Assembly (NCBI RefSeq): GCF_006345805.1
Contig: NW_021824837.1
Span: 1 to 64,000, forward strand
Length of the DNA stretch: 64,000 nucleotides
From: Octopus sinensis
Lineage: Eukaryota
Direction of reading: 5' to 3'
The position numbers were made by a program, and so were the translations under genes. Positions 26,151 to 39,735 of the stretch are shown one piece after another. Under the pieces are notes generated by a model, which saw nothing but the letters and a program-made list of their open reading frames with translations, was not told the DNA's origin and ran no database searches. Every line of letters begins with the position of its first letter. Position 1 is the stretch's first letter.

Positions 26151-26745
26151 AAGTAACTCACGAAGTCAAAATTAGTCTTGAGTATTTTAGCTGGAATCTA
26201 CTGTTTGTAAATGGAATAAGGGATACAGCGGCACATACATAGAACTTGAAGATCACAGTCGCATGATTTTGTAAATTAAAGAAAGAAAAGAAGAAAGAAA
26301 GCAAGAAAGAAAACTTATACAAATGAATTGACAAACTTCAAAATACATGATTATTCTACAGGTTCTATGCCATATATTTTGAGAAAGGGATGAACTCACT
26401 TCTGCTCCAGTACTTAGCTGTTTGTTTTTTAATCATCCTCGAACCTTGGAAGATATAGTTGATCTTGTTCCTGGTATATAAAATTAAAAGGGAAAGAGAC
26501 ACACAAAAAAAATCTAAATAATTTTGTTTTATTGATTTTATTTAACACCATCCAGTAATATGTATACTAGCAAGAGAACCTCTATGTCGTTGTATCTAGA
26601 AGTAGTAACCAAGTTTTCTTCAGGTTCACTCAACTCCTTAGCAAAACAAAACTGTCAATAACAAGCTCCTGGATTTTGTAAACTCGGGGAAAACAATGGA
26701 TGGTTATGCCTGGAATATATTTTATCATAGATGTGTTACATCAGA

Positions 26746-26845
<100 letters not shown>

Positions 26846-27189
26846 GTCTAACTGTCTGTCTGTATGTCTGTCTGTCTGTCCGTCCGTCCGCCCGTCCGTT
26901 TGTCTATCTCTCTCTCTCTCTCAAACATCAGAATTGACGTTGTACTGAAGAACGAAAATATGCAATAAAGTTGATTAATATTTCGATGATGATGATGATG
27001 ATAGCATAACAGTATTTCTAGTAGAACGCTATAGAAGTAGATATAAGAAGTAAATTATAAATAATATATATTTGAATTTTGATTACTTTTAAAAAATTAC
27101 ATTTGAAAAACATTTCCACTGTAGTTGAAAGTATTCCATTTAACAAATCAGATATGTGTGTATGCGCATATGTGTATAAAATGTATATC

Positions 27190-27585
27190 TCTTTACTCTT
27201 TACTCTCTTTTACTTGTTTCAGTCATTTGACTGCGGCCATGCTGGAGCACCGCCTTTAATCGAGCAACTCGACCCCGGGACTTATTCTTTTGTAAGCCCA
27301 GTACTTATTTTATCGGTCTCTTTTGCCGAACCGCTAAGTAACGGGGTCATAAACACACCAGCATCGGTTGTCAAGCAATGCTAGGGGGACAAATACAGAC
27401 ACACAAACACACACACGCCTATATATATATACATATATACGACAGGCTTCTTTCAGTTTCCGTCTACCAAATCCACTCACAAGGCTTTGGTCGGCCCGAG
27501 GCTATAGTAGAAGACACTATAGAACCCAAGAACCCGGAACCCGGAACCATGTGGTTGGTAGACAAGCTACTTACCACACAGCCAT
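27190..27585 (-). mobile_element. SINE family B
   Basis: Reverse complement of the 20495-20900 type, with a small internal deletion. Confidence 0.9.
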
Positions 27586-27589
27586 ATAT

Positions 27590-27620
<31 letters not shown>

Positions 27621-27810
27621 GGGGGGGGGGAATTCACAAAAAAGAAATCAAAAGACGAATACTGGTTGTGTAGACAACAAACTGATGTGTTAGTTTAACG
27701 CTCGGGAAGTGAAAAGGTCTTTAACTTTTCGAGCCTACGCTCTTCCACAGAAAGGAACGCAGAAAGAAACAGGGACAGAAAATAAAGAATGTATAGTGGC
27801 TAGCGATCTA
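27621..27810 (-). mobile_element. Penelope pLTR-like fragment with degenerate minimal hammerhead (27719-27754)
   Basis: Minus: CTTT-CTGTGGA-A-GAGC gtag GCTC-GAAAAGTT-AAAG. Abuts (TA)n and resembles 42284-42480. Confidence 0.6.
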
Positions 27811-27844
27811 CACGCACAATACATACACACACATACGCACATTC

Positions 27845-28282
27845 TGAGCTAGAAGAATCGTTAGGACGCCGAACAAAATGCTTAGTAGTATTTCGTCAGC
27901 CTTTACGTTTGAGTTCAAATTCCGCCTAGGTCGACTTTACGTTTCATACTTTTGGGAGTCAATAAAATAAGTACCAGTTGAGGACTGGGGTCGATGAAAT
28001 CGACTTAACCCCTTCCCCGAAACTGCTGGACCTGTGACAAAATTTGAAACCTCTGTTATCATTTTAAGGCGGAGAGCTGGCAGAATCTTTAGCAGGCTGA
28101 ACGAAATACTTAGAGGCATTTCATCTGCCGCTACGTTCTGAGTTCAAATTCCACTGAAGTCGACTTTGCCTTTCATCCTTTCGGGGTCGATAAAATAAGT
28201 ACCAGTCGAACACTGGGGTCGATGTAATCGACTTATCTTCTCCCTCAAAATTGCTGCCCTTGTGGAAAAATTTGAAACCATT
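27845..28282 (+). mobile_element. Tandem pair of SINE family A copies
   Basis: Two gagttcaaattcc..gtcgacttt..aagtaccagt..ggggtcgatg units. Confidence 0.85.
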
Positions 28283-29041
28283 ATTATAATTGTAGTAGTA
28301 GTAGTAGTAGTAGTAGTAGCAGCAGCAGCACCAGCAGCAACAGTGGTGGTAGTAAGAAGAGGAGGAGGAATAGAAGGAGGAGGAAGGAATAAGAAGGTAA
28401 TAACGAAGCAACTGCTAATAAGAACGATGGTTATGACGATGACAGCAACAACGGCGGCGGCGCCGCCGGTGAGGACGGCGACGGTAAAGATGATGATGAT
28501 GTCGACAACAACAATGATGATGATGATGATGATTTAAAGAAGGATTTCGATGTAGATATTGGATATTTGGTAAGACAAACGATTAATCACAGAGTAGATA
28601 ATTCCTTCCTCAAAGACGCTTGCCGCCTTTGTTACTAAATTTACACTGCGACGTGCAAAAAAATGGCGGAAATAAACATAGTGAAGGAAAGGTAAATGTA
28701 ATCCACACAATGCCTTCTCGGCTTCATTTCGTTTTCTTACTCTTTATCTATGTCCTTTTCGTTCTTGTTAATTCTCATTTTTGTTATTTTTTTATACGGG
28801 TAAAAGCACACACAGGCACACGCATACACGCACAGACACTGACACACACGCACACACATATACACACAGAAGTAGTCTCACACAACTTGCACTCACAAAC
28901 ACACGAATATACATATATAAATACGCAGAGTTACACTTAAAACATATACAAGCATGTACAAAAGCCTGTAAATATTACATACATATACACGCACACATAC
29001 ACACACGTACATATCTATCAATCTATCTATCTATCTATGTG

Positions 29042-29073
<32 letters not shown>

Positions 29074-29135
29074 TACACACAGACACACACACGCTCACAC
29101 ACACACACACACACACAACACACACACACACACAC

Positions 29136-29185
<50 letters not shown>

Positions 29186-29784
29186 CATACACACACATAT
29201 ATATATATATATATAATATATATATATACCAACACATATCAGTGCGTTTAGTATATGTTTATGCTTATAAGTTCATTGTGTACGTATGTGTATCTATTTT
29301 CAAATATACGAACTTCTGTGTGTGTGTGTCTGTGTGTTTGTGTGTGTGTGTGTGTGGTGTGTGTGTGTGTGTATGTGTGTGTGTGTGTTTGTATTTGTGT
29401 GTGCGTATCTCTGCGTGTATGTGTTGTTTTATACGTTTGTACCGGAAGCATATAGCCATGTGATTTTTCATATCTGTTCGTACATTGATCAATGTATGAT
29501 TAGATTTCTTTCTACACAATAATAGGGTTAACCCCTATATATATAGTTTTATATCACTTTTATCCATCTAAAAAGACATGTTTTCACCGTTTTACCAAAT
29601 ATTTTTTTTCTTTTTGTATGTCTTTTCTGTTTCTTTTCCAACTTTTCTTATTAATTTTTTTTCATTGTTATTGCTGTTACATTGCAAAATGCGAATTGGT
29701 GTTTTGCATCGTAAATTTACCATTTAGTGTATGCAACAACATAAACAGAAATTTGCAAGACGGTGGATGTGTGTGTGTGTGTGT

Positions 29785-29852
<68 letters not shown>

Positions 29853-30405
29853 GTGTGTGTTTTCCTTTTTTTTTTTTTTCTTTCTAAAATCTATTCCCCA
29901 AACATAGACCTCATATTTCAGAGTAGAAGTTCTAGTCAGAAAGACGCTAGTTGGTCCTTACCGGTTTTTCTTATAAATCGACAGAATTTGATGGATTTAG
30001 ATAGAATTCAGATTTAGTCTTGTGTTATGAATAATTTCCTGATAATTAAGTTAGATCTTTGATGAGTCTGCGGAGGAGTGATATTATTGCCTTTGCAAGT
30101 TATGGTGCAATAAATAAATAAATAAATAAATAAATGAATAAATAAATATATATATGGTAGCCCAGCCAATGTTTCATGGGAGACTCAAGATTTTGTCGGA
30201 ACTGAGAAAGGATATTTGAGACGATGTTTGTTTAAAAGAGTCCGTGTGGGGTCGGGGGACTATAAAAGTGAAGATAAGAAACATGAAAGTTTCGATCGAA
30301 ATCCTAGAAGTATTGTTGAATTACACACATACACACAAACACACATACACAGAAAACACACACTCACACACACACACACACACGCACACACATACACACA
30401 CACAT

Positions 30406-30441
<36 letters not shown>

Positions 30442-30501
30442 CACACACTACTCACGAAAAGGCATCAATGTTATATTTCGCTAGACCCGAGGAACACGAA
30501 A

Positions 30502-30539
<38 letters not shown>

Positions 30540-30544
30540 TTTAT

Positions 30545-30930
30545 TGCTTCATTCATTTGACTGTGGCCATGCTGGAGCACCGCCTTCAGTCGAGCAAATC
30601 GACCCCATGACTTATTCTTTGTAAGCCTAGTACTTATTCTATCGGTCTCTTTTGCCGAATCGCTAAGTTACGGGGACGTAAACACAACCAGCATCGGTTG
30701 TCAAGCGATGTTGGGGTGGGGGGACAAAGACAGACACACAGACATATACACACATACATATATAGATACATATATACGACAGGCCTCTTTCAGTTTCCGT
30801 CTACCAAATCCACTCACAAGGCTTTGGTTGGCCCGAGCCTATAGTAGAAGGCACTTGCCCAATGTGCCACGCAGTGGGACTGAACCCAGAACCATGTGGT
30901 TGGTAAGCAAGCTACTTACCACACAGCCAC
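30545..30930 (-). mobile_element. SINE family B
   Basis: Reverse complement of a full copy. Confidence 0.9.
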
Positions 30931-31464
30931 ACACCCACACACATATACATATATATATATGTATACACACACACATAAATATATCATATATATATATATA
31001 TATATACATATATATATAGATGATAACATAAGTAATGTTTCAGTACTATATTTTAGATGTTCCAGCATAACCACGTCTATTGACAAAGGCCCAAAAAGAA
31101 ACAAATGAATCGAATACGTAAGTTATCATTTTGTCTTGGAAAATGTAGGATGATTGAATAAGCGCGCATTTTCAGAACATGCATTTGATCATGGTTTTGC
31201 TGTGTTAGGCCTTGATTTGGATTTAAACAACAACAAAAATTACAACAGTCGAAATACATAGAACATGGTTTCTCCATATGTTAATTAGAGCAACCGAATG
31301 TCCATTAAAGCAGGCTTTATTAATTTTAAAAATGAAAGACGCAATTTATAATGTAGTCTTGGATAAAGTGTCTGAAACTAAGATGCCTAGAAAGAAGATC
31401 TATTTGATCAGTGCTAAATAATACAAAAAACAAAAACTCCTACAAAATAATATTTATTTATTTA

Positions 31465-31772
31465 TTTTTTTATTTATCTAGTTTCAGCTCACAAGCTGTG
31501 GCCATGCTAGGGCACCGCCATTTGGTGTTGCTACATGATTTTACTTCACGAATGCTTTTTAGCAATTGCCATTTGGTGCATGAGAGAGTTCGATGCAGCT
31601 GCCCTCATCTGCACCTCCTGCCGTGAAGTTGATTCATCTGGGACACCTGACAAGAAGAGATCCAGTTTTATTTTAAGGACATCTGCATCCACCCCATGCA
31701 GGTCTCTTAGGTTCTTCGGGAGGATATTGAAGAGCTGTGGGCCTCGGAAGCCCAGGCTATCACAGTATCTTG
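31465..31772 (-). mobile_element. CR1-like LINE 3' end
   Basis: Minus frame RYCDSLGFRGPQLFNILPKNLRDLHGVDADVLKIKLDLFLSGVPDE..AASNSLMHQ..* (stop 31546-48), followed by a 3' tail and A-rich end. Confidence 0.8.
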
Positions 31773-31814
31773 TGATATGTAGGGAGACGGTTATTAAAAG
31801 TAGACTAAATTACC

Positions 31815-32012
31815 TTTCCGAGTCTTGTAAACACATGGGCCCGGTTTCCCGGTTTCCATGATGTATATAATCCCCACCTGGACGGTCCGTTGCAGGATTA
31901 CTCATTCTTGCTAGCTGAGCAAATTGAAGTAATCCGTCGCCCGGTTCAGGAATCGAAACCACAATCTTACGATCATGAATCTAACATTCTAACCACTAAG
32001 CCACACACCTCC
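31815..32012 (-). mobile_element. tRNA-derived SINE (family D-related), diverged
   Basis: Minus head tggaggtgtgtggcttagtggttaga..ggtttcgattcc (A/B boxes). Confidence 0.7.
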
Positions 32013-32846
32013 ACTTAGAAACGGTTTCTCACAGAACTTCTCGAGTATCCAGAAGTATTTTTCACTCATGAATCTGCTATATGAAAACTCATAGATGTTG
32101 GCTACTTTTGATACGAAATGGTAGAAATGTAGTCTCATAGAAAAAGTCAAGTGAGAAGGCATTTCGTCAACTCTATAAGGTGGAGACATGTCTAAGCAAT
32201 GACAACCGGCGTAAAGGAGTGTTATTGCAATATAACTATTCTGTTTGTTGATATCATATATTTTACATCCCGAGGATTGCCTGGGAATTGAAATATCTCA
32301 CCTAACTTTCTTTTAATCAGTATTTTTAGTGATGTGTGATATCTTCCCACATACTTTAACTTGATGTCAAATTAAAGACGATTGGATACTGTTCACTGTA
32401 AAGGAAATACCTACAAGATCTCTTAGAGATGGATATTCCTTCGTTGTATTCTGACCTGTCATAAAAACTCGACTCGGCGCTTCAGCCTAGCATAAAAAAC
32501 AAAATTTTGCATAGTTGCATATCAGAGACCCTTCCCTGTCATTTCGTTATTTAAGACAATATGGCATCATTTCATGAAGCTTTGGTACCTGTTTCTTGCA
32601 TGTCGTGCACTTACGTAGACGTCCATTCATTGGCTTGCATGTAATCACGCATGCAAATATGTGAATTTCCTACGTGTATCTTATTTCTTGATATTTGTTC
32701 CATTAACCGCTTGTATTTTTTAACACTCCCCATCAAGAATTTCGTTCACGAAATTATATTTTAAATAATTTTTTTCTCAGCGGCAAAATTTTCTTACTCA
32801 TGTGAGTTTGAAGAATACATAGTTTAGCTTAAAGTTTTATTTACAA

Positions 32847-33240
32847 TGGAGTAGCTGTGTGGTAAGTAGCTTGTGTGGTAAGAAGTTTGCTTACCAACCA
32901 CATGGTTCCTGGTTCAGCCCCACTGCGTGGCACCTTGGGCAAGTGTCTTCTACTATAGCCTCGGGCCGACCAAAGCCTTGTGAGTGGATTTGGTAGACGG
33001 AAACTGAAAGAAGCCCGTCGTATATATGTATATATGTGTGTGTGTGTCTGTACCCCCAACATCATTTGACAACCGATGCTGGTGTGTTTGCATCCCTGTA
33101 ACTAAACGGTTCAGCAAAAGAGACCGATAGAATAAGTCCTAGGCTTACAATGAATAAGTCCTGGGGTCGATTTGCTCGACTAAAGGCGGTACTCCAGCAT
33201 GGCCGCAGTCAAATGACTGAAACAAGTAAAAGAGTAAAAG
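32847..33240 (+). mobile_element. SINE family B
   Basis: Full copy with (taaaagag)n tail. Confidence 0.9.
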
Positions 33241-33244
33241 TGAG

Positions 33245-33281
<37 letters not shown>

Positions 33282-34458
33282 TACATATACATACATGTAT
33301 ATGCAGTTGTTCATATGAAGAAGTTTTTCAATATTTGTGTGGGCATGCATAAGTATTCTTTTCTTCTTGTGAATGCATGTTTATGCATCTATTTTTGAGG
33401 GTACCCGGGTGTAAATCCATATCTGTTCTTGTGCGAGCTATTTTATACAAGCTATTGTGTGCGTATGAATACGTAGTTTCAATATCTAAGATTTTTGAAA
33501 CATCCATTGTATTTAAATATGTCTGAATGTGTATGCGTGTATCTTGTTTTCGTTTGCATGCACGTGTATGCTATTTTATGTGGGTGTGTGTCTACATGCA
33601 TACCAAAATGTGTATGTATGTGATCGCTTGTTAGTATACGAATACATCAGCAGTTTACTATGTTTGCTTGCGCAAGCTATTGTACAGCAGCGTGTCTATA
33701 TGTACGTTCAAATGTCTACGTGTGTGTCTGTATTCATGCGTAAGTCTGCAGTTTCGTATATTTGCTTGTGCAAGCCATGATATATATATATATATTATAT
33801 ATAGTACGTGAGCGAGTGTGTATTTGTGTATACGTTAGTGTGTTAGTGGCGAACCGAGGAGTGGTGGTTCGGGGTTTTGATTGTACGTGTGTGTTTTGAA
33901 GCTCATTTGACATTCAGTGAAGCTGACAAGCGAAAAGGTTGGTAAGCAGGTTGTTTTAGTATTAGGCGAAACTTCTTCACGCCTTTGACACTGAAACAGA
34001 TTGACATGTAAAGAACGAACGTTCTCAGAACTTTTTACGAGACCAACGTCAAGAAACGAACTCCCGCTCTAACTCGCACCAAGCCGTTCCGCCTCCCCCC
34101 TCCTCCCCACACACTACCGTCACTCCACCCACGACCCCCCCTTCACCAAACCGACTAATAACACTTCTATATTCTTAATGTTCTTTACACAATTTATAAA
34201 TCCTTCTCGGTAGTGTGTGTGTGTGTGTATATGCGTGTGTATGTGTGTAGAGAAAGAGAGAGAGAGAGAGAGAGAGAAGAAGTGAGAAGTGGTGGGCGGG
34301 GAGCAAACTGTGAGGTGTGGCACCGTGTGTGTGTAGGGAAGGGGAAGACAGGTGAGGTGACGTTGCAGTTGGGGGTTCGGGGTTCGGGGTTTTTCAGGAA
34401 GAGAAAAATTGACGTCCAGAAATTCATCCGTGTTTGTGCTTCAAGATCTCACGCGTTA

Positions 34459-34483
34459 GCTGCTGCTGTTGCTGCTGCTGCTG

Positions 34484-34535
<52 letters not shown>

Positions 34536-34544
34536 CACCACCAT

Positions 34545-34584
<40 letters not shown>

Positions 34585-34591
34585 GCTGCTG

Positions 34592-34625
<34 letters not shown>

Positions 34626-34633
34626 CACTACCA

Positions 34634-34675
<42 letters not shown>

Positions 34676-34705
34676 TACTACCACCACCACCACCACCACC
34701 ACACC

Positions 34706-34762
<57 letters not shown>

Positions 34763-34812
34763 GTTGCTGCTACTGCTACCGCTACTGCTGCTACTGCTGC
34801 TGCTACTGTTAC
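34459..34812. repeat. Compound (CTA/CTG/CCA)n trinucleotide repeat
   Basis: Direct reading. Confidence 0.95.
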
Positions 34813-35579
34813 TGGCTCCACTTGAACGCCGTGAGATATTTGCCAATCAAGAAAATAACTATGATTGGAATTTGATTAGTTATATATGTCAAATACACTT
34901 TTCAACTGAACCTGAAGCACTTTTGCATCGTTCCACCTTTTTCTCTTTTTCTCTCCTCGCCTTCCCTATCCGTCTTTCTTTCCCCGTCTTTCACTGTCCT
35001 TATCTTTCTGGTTTTTCTCTTTCTGTGTCTCACTCTCTCTTTTAGTGCCCCCCCCCCCGCCCACCGTTCTACCCGACTTTCCACAAGTCTCTTTCTTTTC
35101 AATTTTTGGTCACTGTTCATTTATTCATTCATTATATTTTCTTTTGCCATGAAGGGACATGTGATTACAATACTGCAAAGGCCGCAAAGATAATGATTCG
35201 TGCCAGAAATCAATTTTGATATCAAAGGTTTCCTTTATCCATTGAAAACTTTATTTCCACAAATATTGTTGTGTAGCAGTTGCAAAGTGTTAAAAATCTA
35301 ACCCAATACACTCCATCGGTTGGCCCACCTGTCAAACTGTCTTAATAGTTTGCCTTTTAAACTAATATTGGTATATCCGTGATGTCAAAAATTACAGTAC
35401 GTTAAAAATGGAAGATAGAATAAGTGTGTAATAAAAGTATCGCCATACATTCCATACATTTGCTACAAACTTGTTAAACCACATCATTTATTGCCAGGTT
35501 AACTTCTGATCAACGTTCATTTACTAAAACTTTAGAGATCCTTCAAAGAAATAAGGCAACAGGTGATAAGTGCTATAGG

Positions 35580-36160
35580 TGCAGGCGAGCTGGCAGAAAC
35601 GTTAGCTCGCCGGGTGAAATGCTTTGCAGTATTTCGTCTGCCGTTACGTTCTGAGTTCAAATTCCGCCGAGGTCGACTTTGCCTTTCATCCTTTCGGAGT
35701 CGATTAAATAAGTACCAGTTACGCACTGGGGTCGATATAATCGACTTAATCTGTTTATCTGTCCTTGTTTATCCCCTCTGTGTTTAGCCCCTTGTGAGTA
35801 GTAAAGAAATAGGTATTTCGAATGTCGAAGGCGGCGAGCTGGCAGAAACGTTAGCACGTCGGGTGAAATGCTTTGCGGTATTTCGTCTGCCGTACGTTCT
35901 GAGTTCAAATTCCGCTGAGGTCGATTTTGCCTTTCATCCTTTTGGAGTCGATTAAATAAGTACCAGTTACGCACTGGGGTCGATGTAATCGACTTAATCC
36001 GTTTGTCTGTCCTTGTTCGTCCTCTCTGTGTGTAGCCCCTTGTGGGCAGTAAAGAAATAAGTGTTATAGGTGCAGGCGTGGCTGGGTGGTAAGAAGCTTG
36101 CTTCCCAACCACGTGGTTCCGAGTTCAGTCCCATTGCGTGGCGGCACCTTGGGCAAGTGT
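35580..36160 (+). mobile_element. Two SINE family A copies followed by a family B 5' head
   Basis: Family A at about 35580-35812 and 35830-36060, family B head at 36068-36160. Confidence 0.9.
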
Positions 36161-36299
36161 GAAAGATAAGAGATGAAAAGTAAATACAGAAATGATCAAT
36201 CTTCATTACTTTATCGTTTTATTGTCTCTAAACGCTTAATTTTATCCTTCATTCTGTTTTGCATTTTCTTCCTCAGAATCTGACCAAGAAGACAGAGTT

Positions 36300-36766
36300 C
36301 TAATGACATGCATAAAATCTGGTCATCAAATCTAAGTAGAGACTTCAAACTTGAAATATTCAAAGCCACAGTCGAACCAATTCTACTATATGGCTCAGAA
36401 ACATGGACGTTATCAAAGAAGCTTGAGAGGCAGTTGGATGGAACCTACACTCGTAGAAGCGCCATCCAACCAAAATGCAAATATATGGGAAGCTACCACC
36501 TGTGTCATCTCTTGTTAAAGGTAGGAGAGTCCAGTTTGCTGGACATTGTTGTAGAGCTGAAAAAGAAGTAATTTCTACTCTTCTCTTCTGGGAGCCATCT
36601 ACTCGCAATACCAGAGGACGCACACTCTCCTACCCTGATGTAATCTCCAGGGATACAGGCATCCAGCAACAGGACCTCCGTAATGCCATGATGGACCGTG
36701 AAGTCTGGCGTAGCATGGTAAATTCCATTGTCTCGACCACGGTCGAACAATGATGAATGATGATGA
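36300..36766 (+). mobile_element. RTE/RTE-X-like LINE 3' fragment
   Basis: KLEIFKATVEPILLYGSETWTL..LDGTYTR / YGKLPPVS..RRVQFAGHCCR..MMDREVWR, then a (TGA)n tail. Confidence 0.88.
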
Positions 36767-37033
36767 GAGTTGTAATATATTGTCAACCTGTTTCTATAAA
36801 CTTGTTATACCACATCACTTATAGCCAAGCTGATTGGTTAGGGTTGGACTGAGTAACACAGGTCTGTTTCTTTGCTTCTGTATTTTGTATTTTGATTATA
36901 ATTGTATTTGTCTATGACTAAATATATAGGTTTAATTTTGCCAGTAAACTGCAGAAAATAACACGTTGTTTTAGGTGAGCATTCTCACACAGTCTGAAAT
37001 GACTGTAGGATCTTACGAATGACTTATTTAAAT

Positions 37034-37140
37034 AATCAGCCGAGGAGACGGATTTTGCATCTTGCATGGATGGTAATGATTACATAACATCTCATCAATG
37101 TACTACGAGTGTAAAATGGGCCGAAACAACTGTAGTGATT
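37034..37140 (+). ncRNA. Degenerate type I hammerhead with long stem II insertion
   Basis: AATCAg-CCGAGGA-about 75 nt-GAAA-CAACTG-TA-gTGATT. Confidence 0.45.
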
Positions 37141-37358
37141 TACAACGTCATTTATTCCCTTTTCTATCATACATATATGTGTGTGTGCACGAGTGAAAGT
37201 GTGTATGTATGTGTGTGTGTGAGTGTGTGTATTTGTCGCCACTATCACTTCTTATGTGGGTTGTTTGCATCCCGTTTCCCTCACGATTCGGCAAAAGAGA
37301 CGATAGAATAAGTACCAAATTTTAAAATAAGTACTTGGGGTCGTTTATTTGACTAAAC

Positions 37359-37686
37359 CAGGGCTGGCCAGCCTGAGGTCCGCGGGCCGGATGTAGCCCG
37401 CAGATTTTTATTTTGCAGCCCGCTTCACACTTTCTTGAAATGGGTTTATTTTAACAAACATTTTAAAATGTTTATCAAAACTTAAAGATTGTAATGAAAA
37501 GTGGCAATAATGGGGCAATAAAGCAAAGGCCTACAATTTTATAATTTTAAACAAACGAAAAGTATGAAAAATTCTGGTTCTATAATTTGCTTATTTGACC
37601 ATTAATGCATAAAGTATACAAGCGGCCCTCAAAAAACTTTCTGTGATTATAATAGCCGGCAATGTATTTCGAGTTGGCCAGGCCTG
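37359..37686. mobile_element. hAT-like MITE nested in a SINE B 3' half
   Basis: TIRs CAGGGCTGGCCA/TGGCCAGGCCTG, subterminal GCGGGCCG/GCCCGC motifs, degenerate 8-bp TSD. The SINE resumes after it. Confidence 0.75.
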
Positions 37687-38749
37687 GGCCAGACCCTTCA
37701 AGTCGGTATCCAGTCATGGATGTACAATTCAATGATTGAAAATATATCAAAGAGTAAAAATTATCAACTGCCTCTATGTGGTCACTCGACCTGCAAGAAA
37801 TAGCTGCCATGGAAATGGACATGATGCATTATGTGACTCTGGGTTGCCTGTACATAGGAAAATACAGAATGGTCACCGTTGCAATGCTTTTGATTATATT
37901 TACCAGTGTAACTAATTGGTTAAAGTAGGACTGGGTAATACTGGACTCACTTGATATGACTGCTTAACCTGAGAGTGGATGTGTCACCCTAATTGGTACA
38001 CCATCGGCGGTCATCCTGTTTTTAGTCACCCATTTCTTGCAGGAAATCTACCAACCAGCAATGAAGCCGAATCCTATTAATTTATGCCATTTCAATTATA
38101 CGCCATGACCAAATGTGTTGAAAAGTTCGCTAAGCCTTATCCGTCAACAATGAATGCTGCTACGGTAGTTGCTACAAATATTATTACTGCTGCTGTTGTT
38201 GCCCAGTCCAACTCTGAACGAAAAATCCCGCAGGCCTATGATCAAAGAAAAACAAATATATAAAGGATAGTTATTGTTTGATTATACTGACTGCCCCCAC
38301 CACACACACACACTATTTTTTTCTCGGGTGTATTGTTTCTAGGGCTCAATTATCCAATATGTCGTTCTTTTAAAGTCAGTAACGTGTGATCAAGGCGGTT
38401 TGACTGTTAATTCCTATATACTGGATGCATCACGCAGCGATTCCCTTGATGGCTTGTCAACAACGATGGATAATTAACATGTTGATAGTTACACATATAT
38501 ACGAGCAAACATTACGTATAGTACTGCAACGAAACAAAATTGAAGGCATTAGAATAAATAGTGAGGATTTGCGATGGACAAAACTTACCGTAGAACAGAA
38601 AGTTTGGACTAATTGTAATTAGTGAAATACTATCGTTTTGAATGACGAAATTATATATTTGTTATCAGTCAACGTGATCTTTGAATTCGAAAATAAGCCT
38701 GAAGAAGAGACGATACAAGTGACATGAGTGACATGGATTTTCAGAGTTG

Positions 38750-38965
38750 TTAGTGGTATGTGGTTAAGAAACTTGTCTCGTAACCTAGTGGTTCTGTGCT
38801 CGAAGCCAAATGTGTGATACTCGTAACTTAGCGGTTCGGCAAAAGAGACCGATAGAATAAGAACTAGGCTTACACAGAATAAGCTCTGGGTCGATTTGCT
38901 CGACTAAAGGCGGTGCTCCAGCATGGCCGCAGTCAAATGACTGAAACAAATACAAGTAAAAGAAA
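38750..38965 (+). mobile_element. SINE family B with internal deletion
   Basis: Diverged head joined to a well-conserved 3' half. Confidence 0.8.
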
Positions 38966-39735
38966 ATATTGATTATTTCGTAATAATTTTATATCCAGTC
39001 TGTAGCCAGGACTAGAGACCGGATATATGTGGTAAGAAGTTTGCTTACATAGACAGTTTTCAAAGGGTAAAAGACCAGCACGCGGTCAAATAATTCTGTT
39101 ATACAAGTGCCTTCTTTTTGATTTTCGAAAAAAAAACAAAACAAAACAGAGAAAGAAAATGAGACAGAATCACATGACATACGCAATATACAACAATTTT
39201 GAATGAACTCAAATCAATTTTTGTTTTTATGTCAAAGAAAAAAACCCAATAACTTGAAATACGAATTCGATATATAACTTCCGAAAGGATTTTAACCACA
39301 CGCGCGCGCGCGCACTCACGCATTATACCACTACTATATATATATAGTAGATGTATACTGTCAACTTAATGTGAGTCCCATGAAGGTAATCACGCTACTG
39401 TTATTTAGCCCTAGGAAGCATCAACGCTTCCTGTCAGCATTGACACATTTCCCGTGTCCTTATGTTTACAAGGGGGAGATAAGCACCTCCAGCCAGCTAG
39501 TCTTTATTCAATACGACGATTGTTTCGAGCCATTCTGCAACTGTCCGTTATGGGAAGGATATTGTGCATCTGATTTTGTTGCATCAATCTGTGCAGTCAG
39601 TGTCACATCAGGTACATGCCTATATGATTGTATGATTTTAATTTTATGTGGTACTAGTGTAACCGTGCCGCCAGAAGTGACGGCGTGAAAATCATACGGA
39701 AAATAAAATTAAAATTAAAACTTTACAAACATTTG

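Noticed and set aside
34213-35045. 220-aa and 203-aa ORFs
   Set aside because: Dominated by trinucleotide homopolymer runs.
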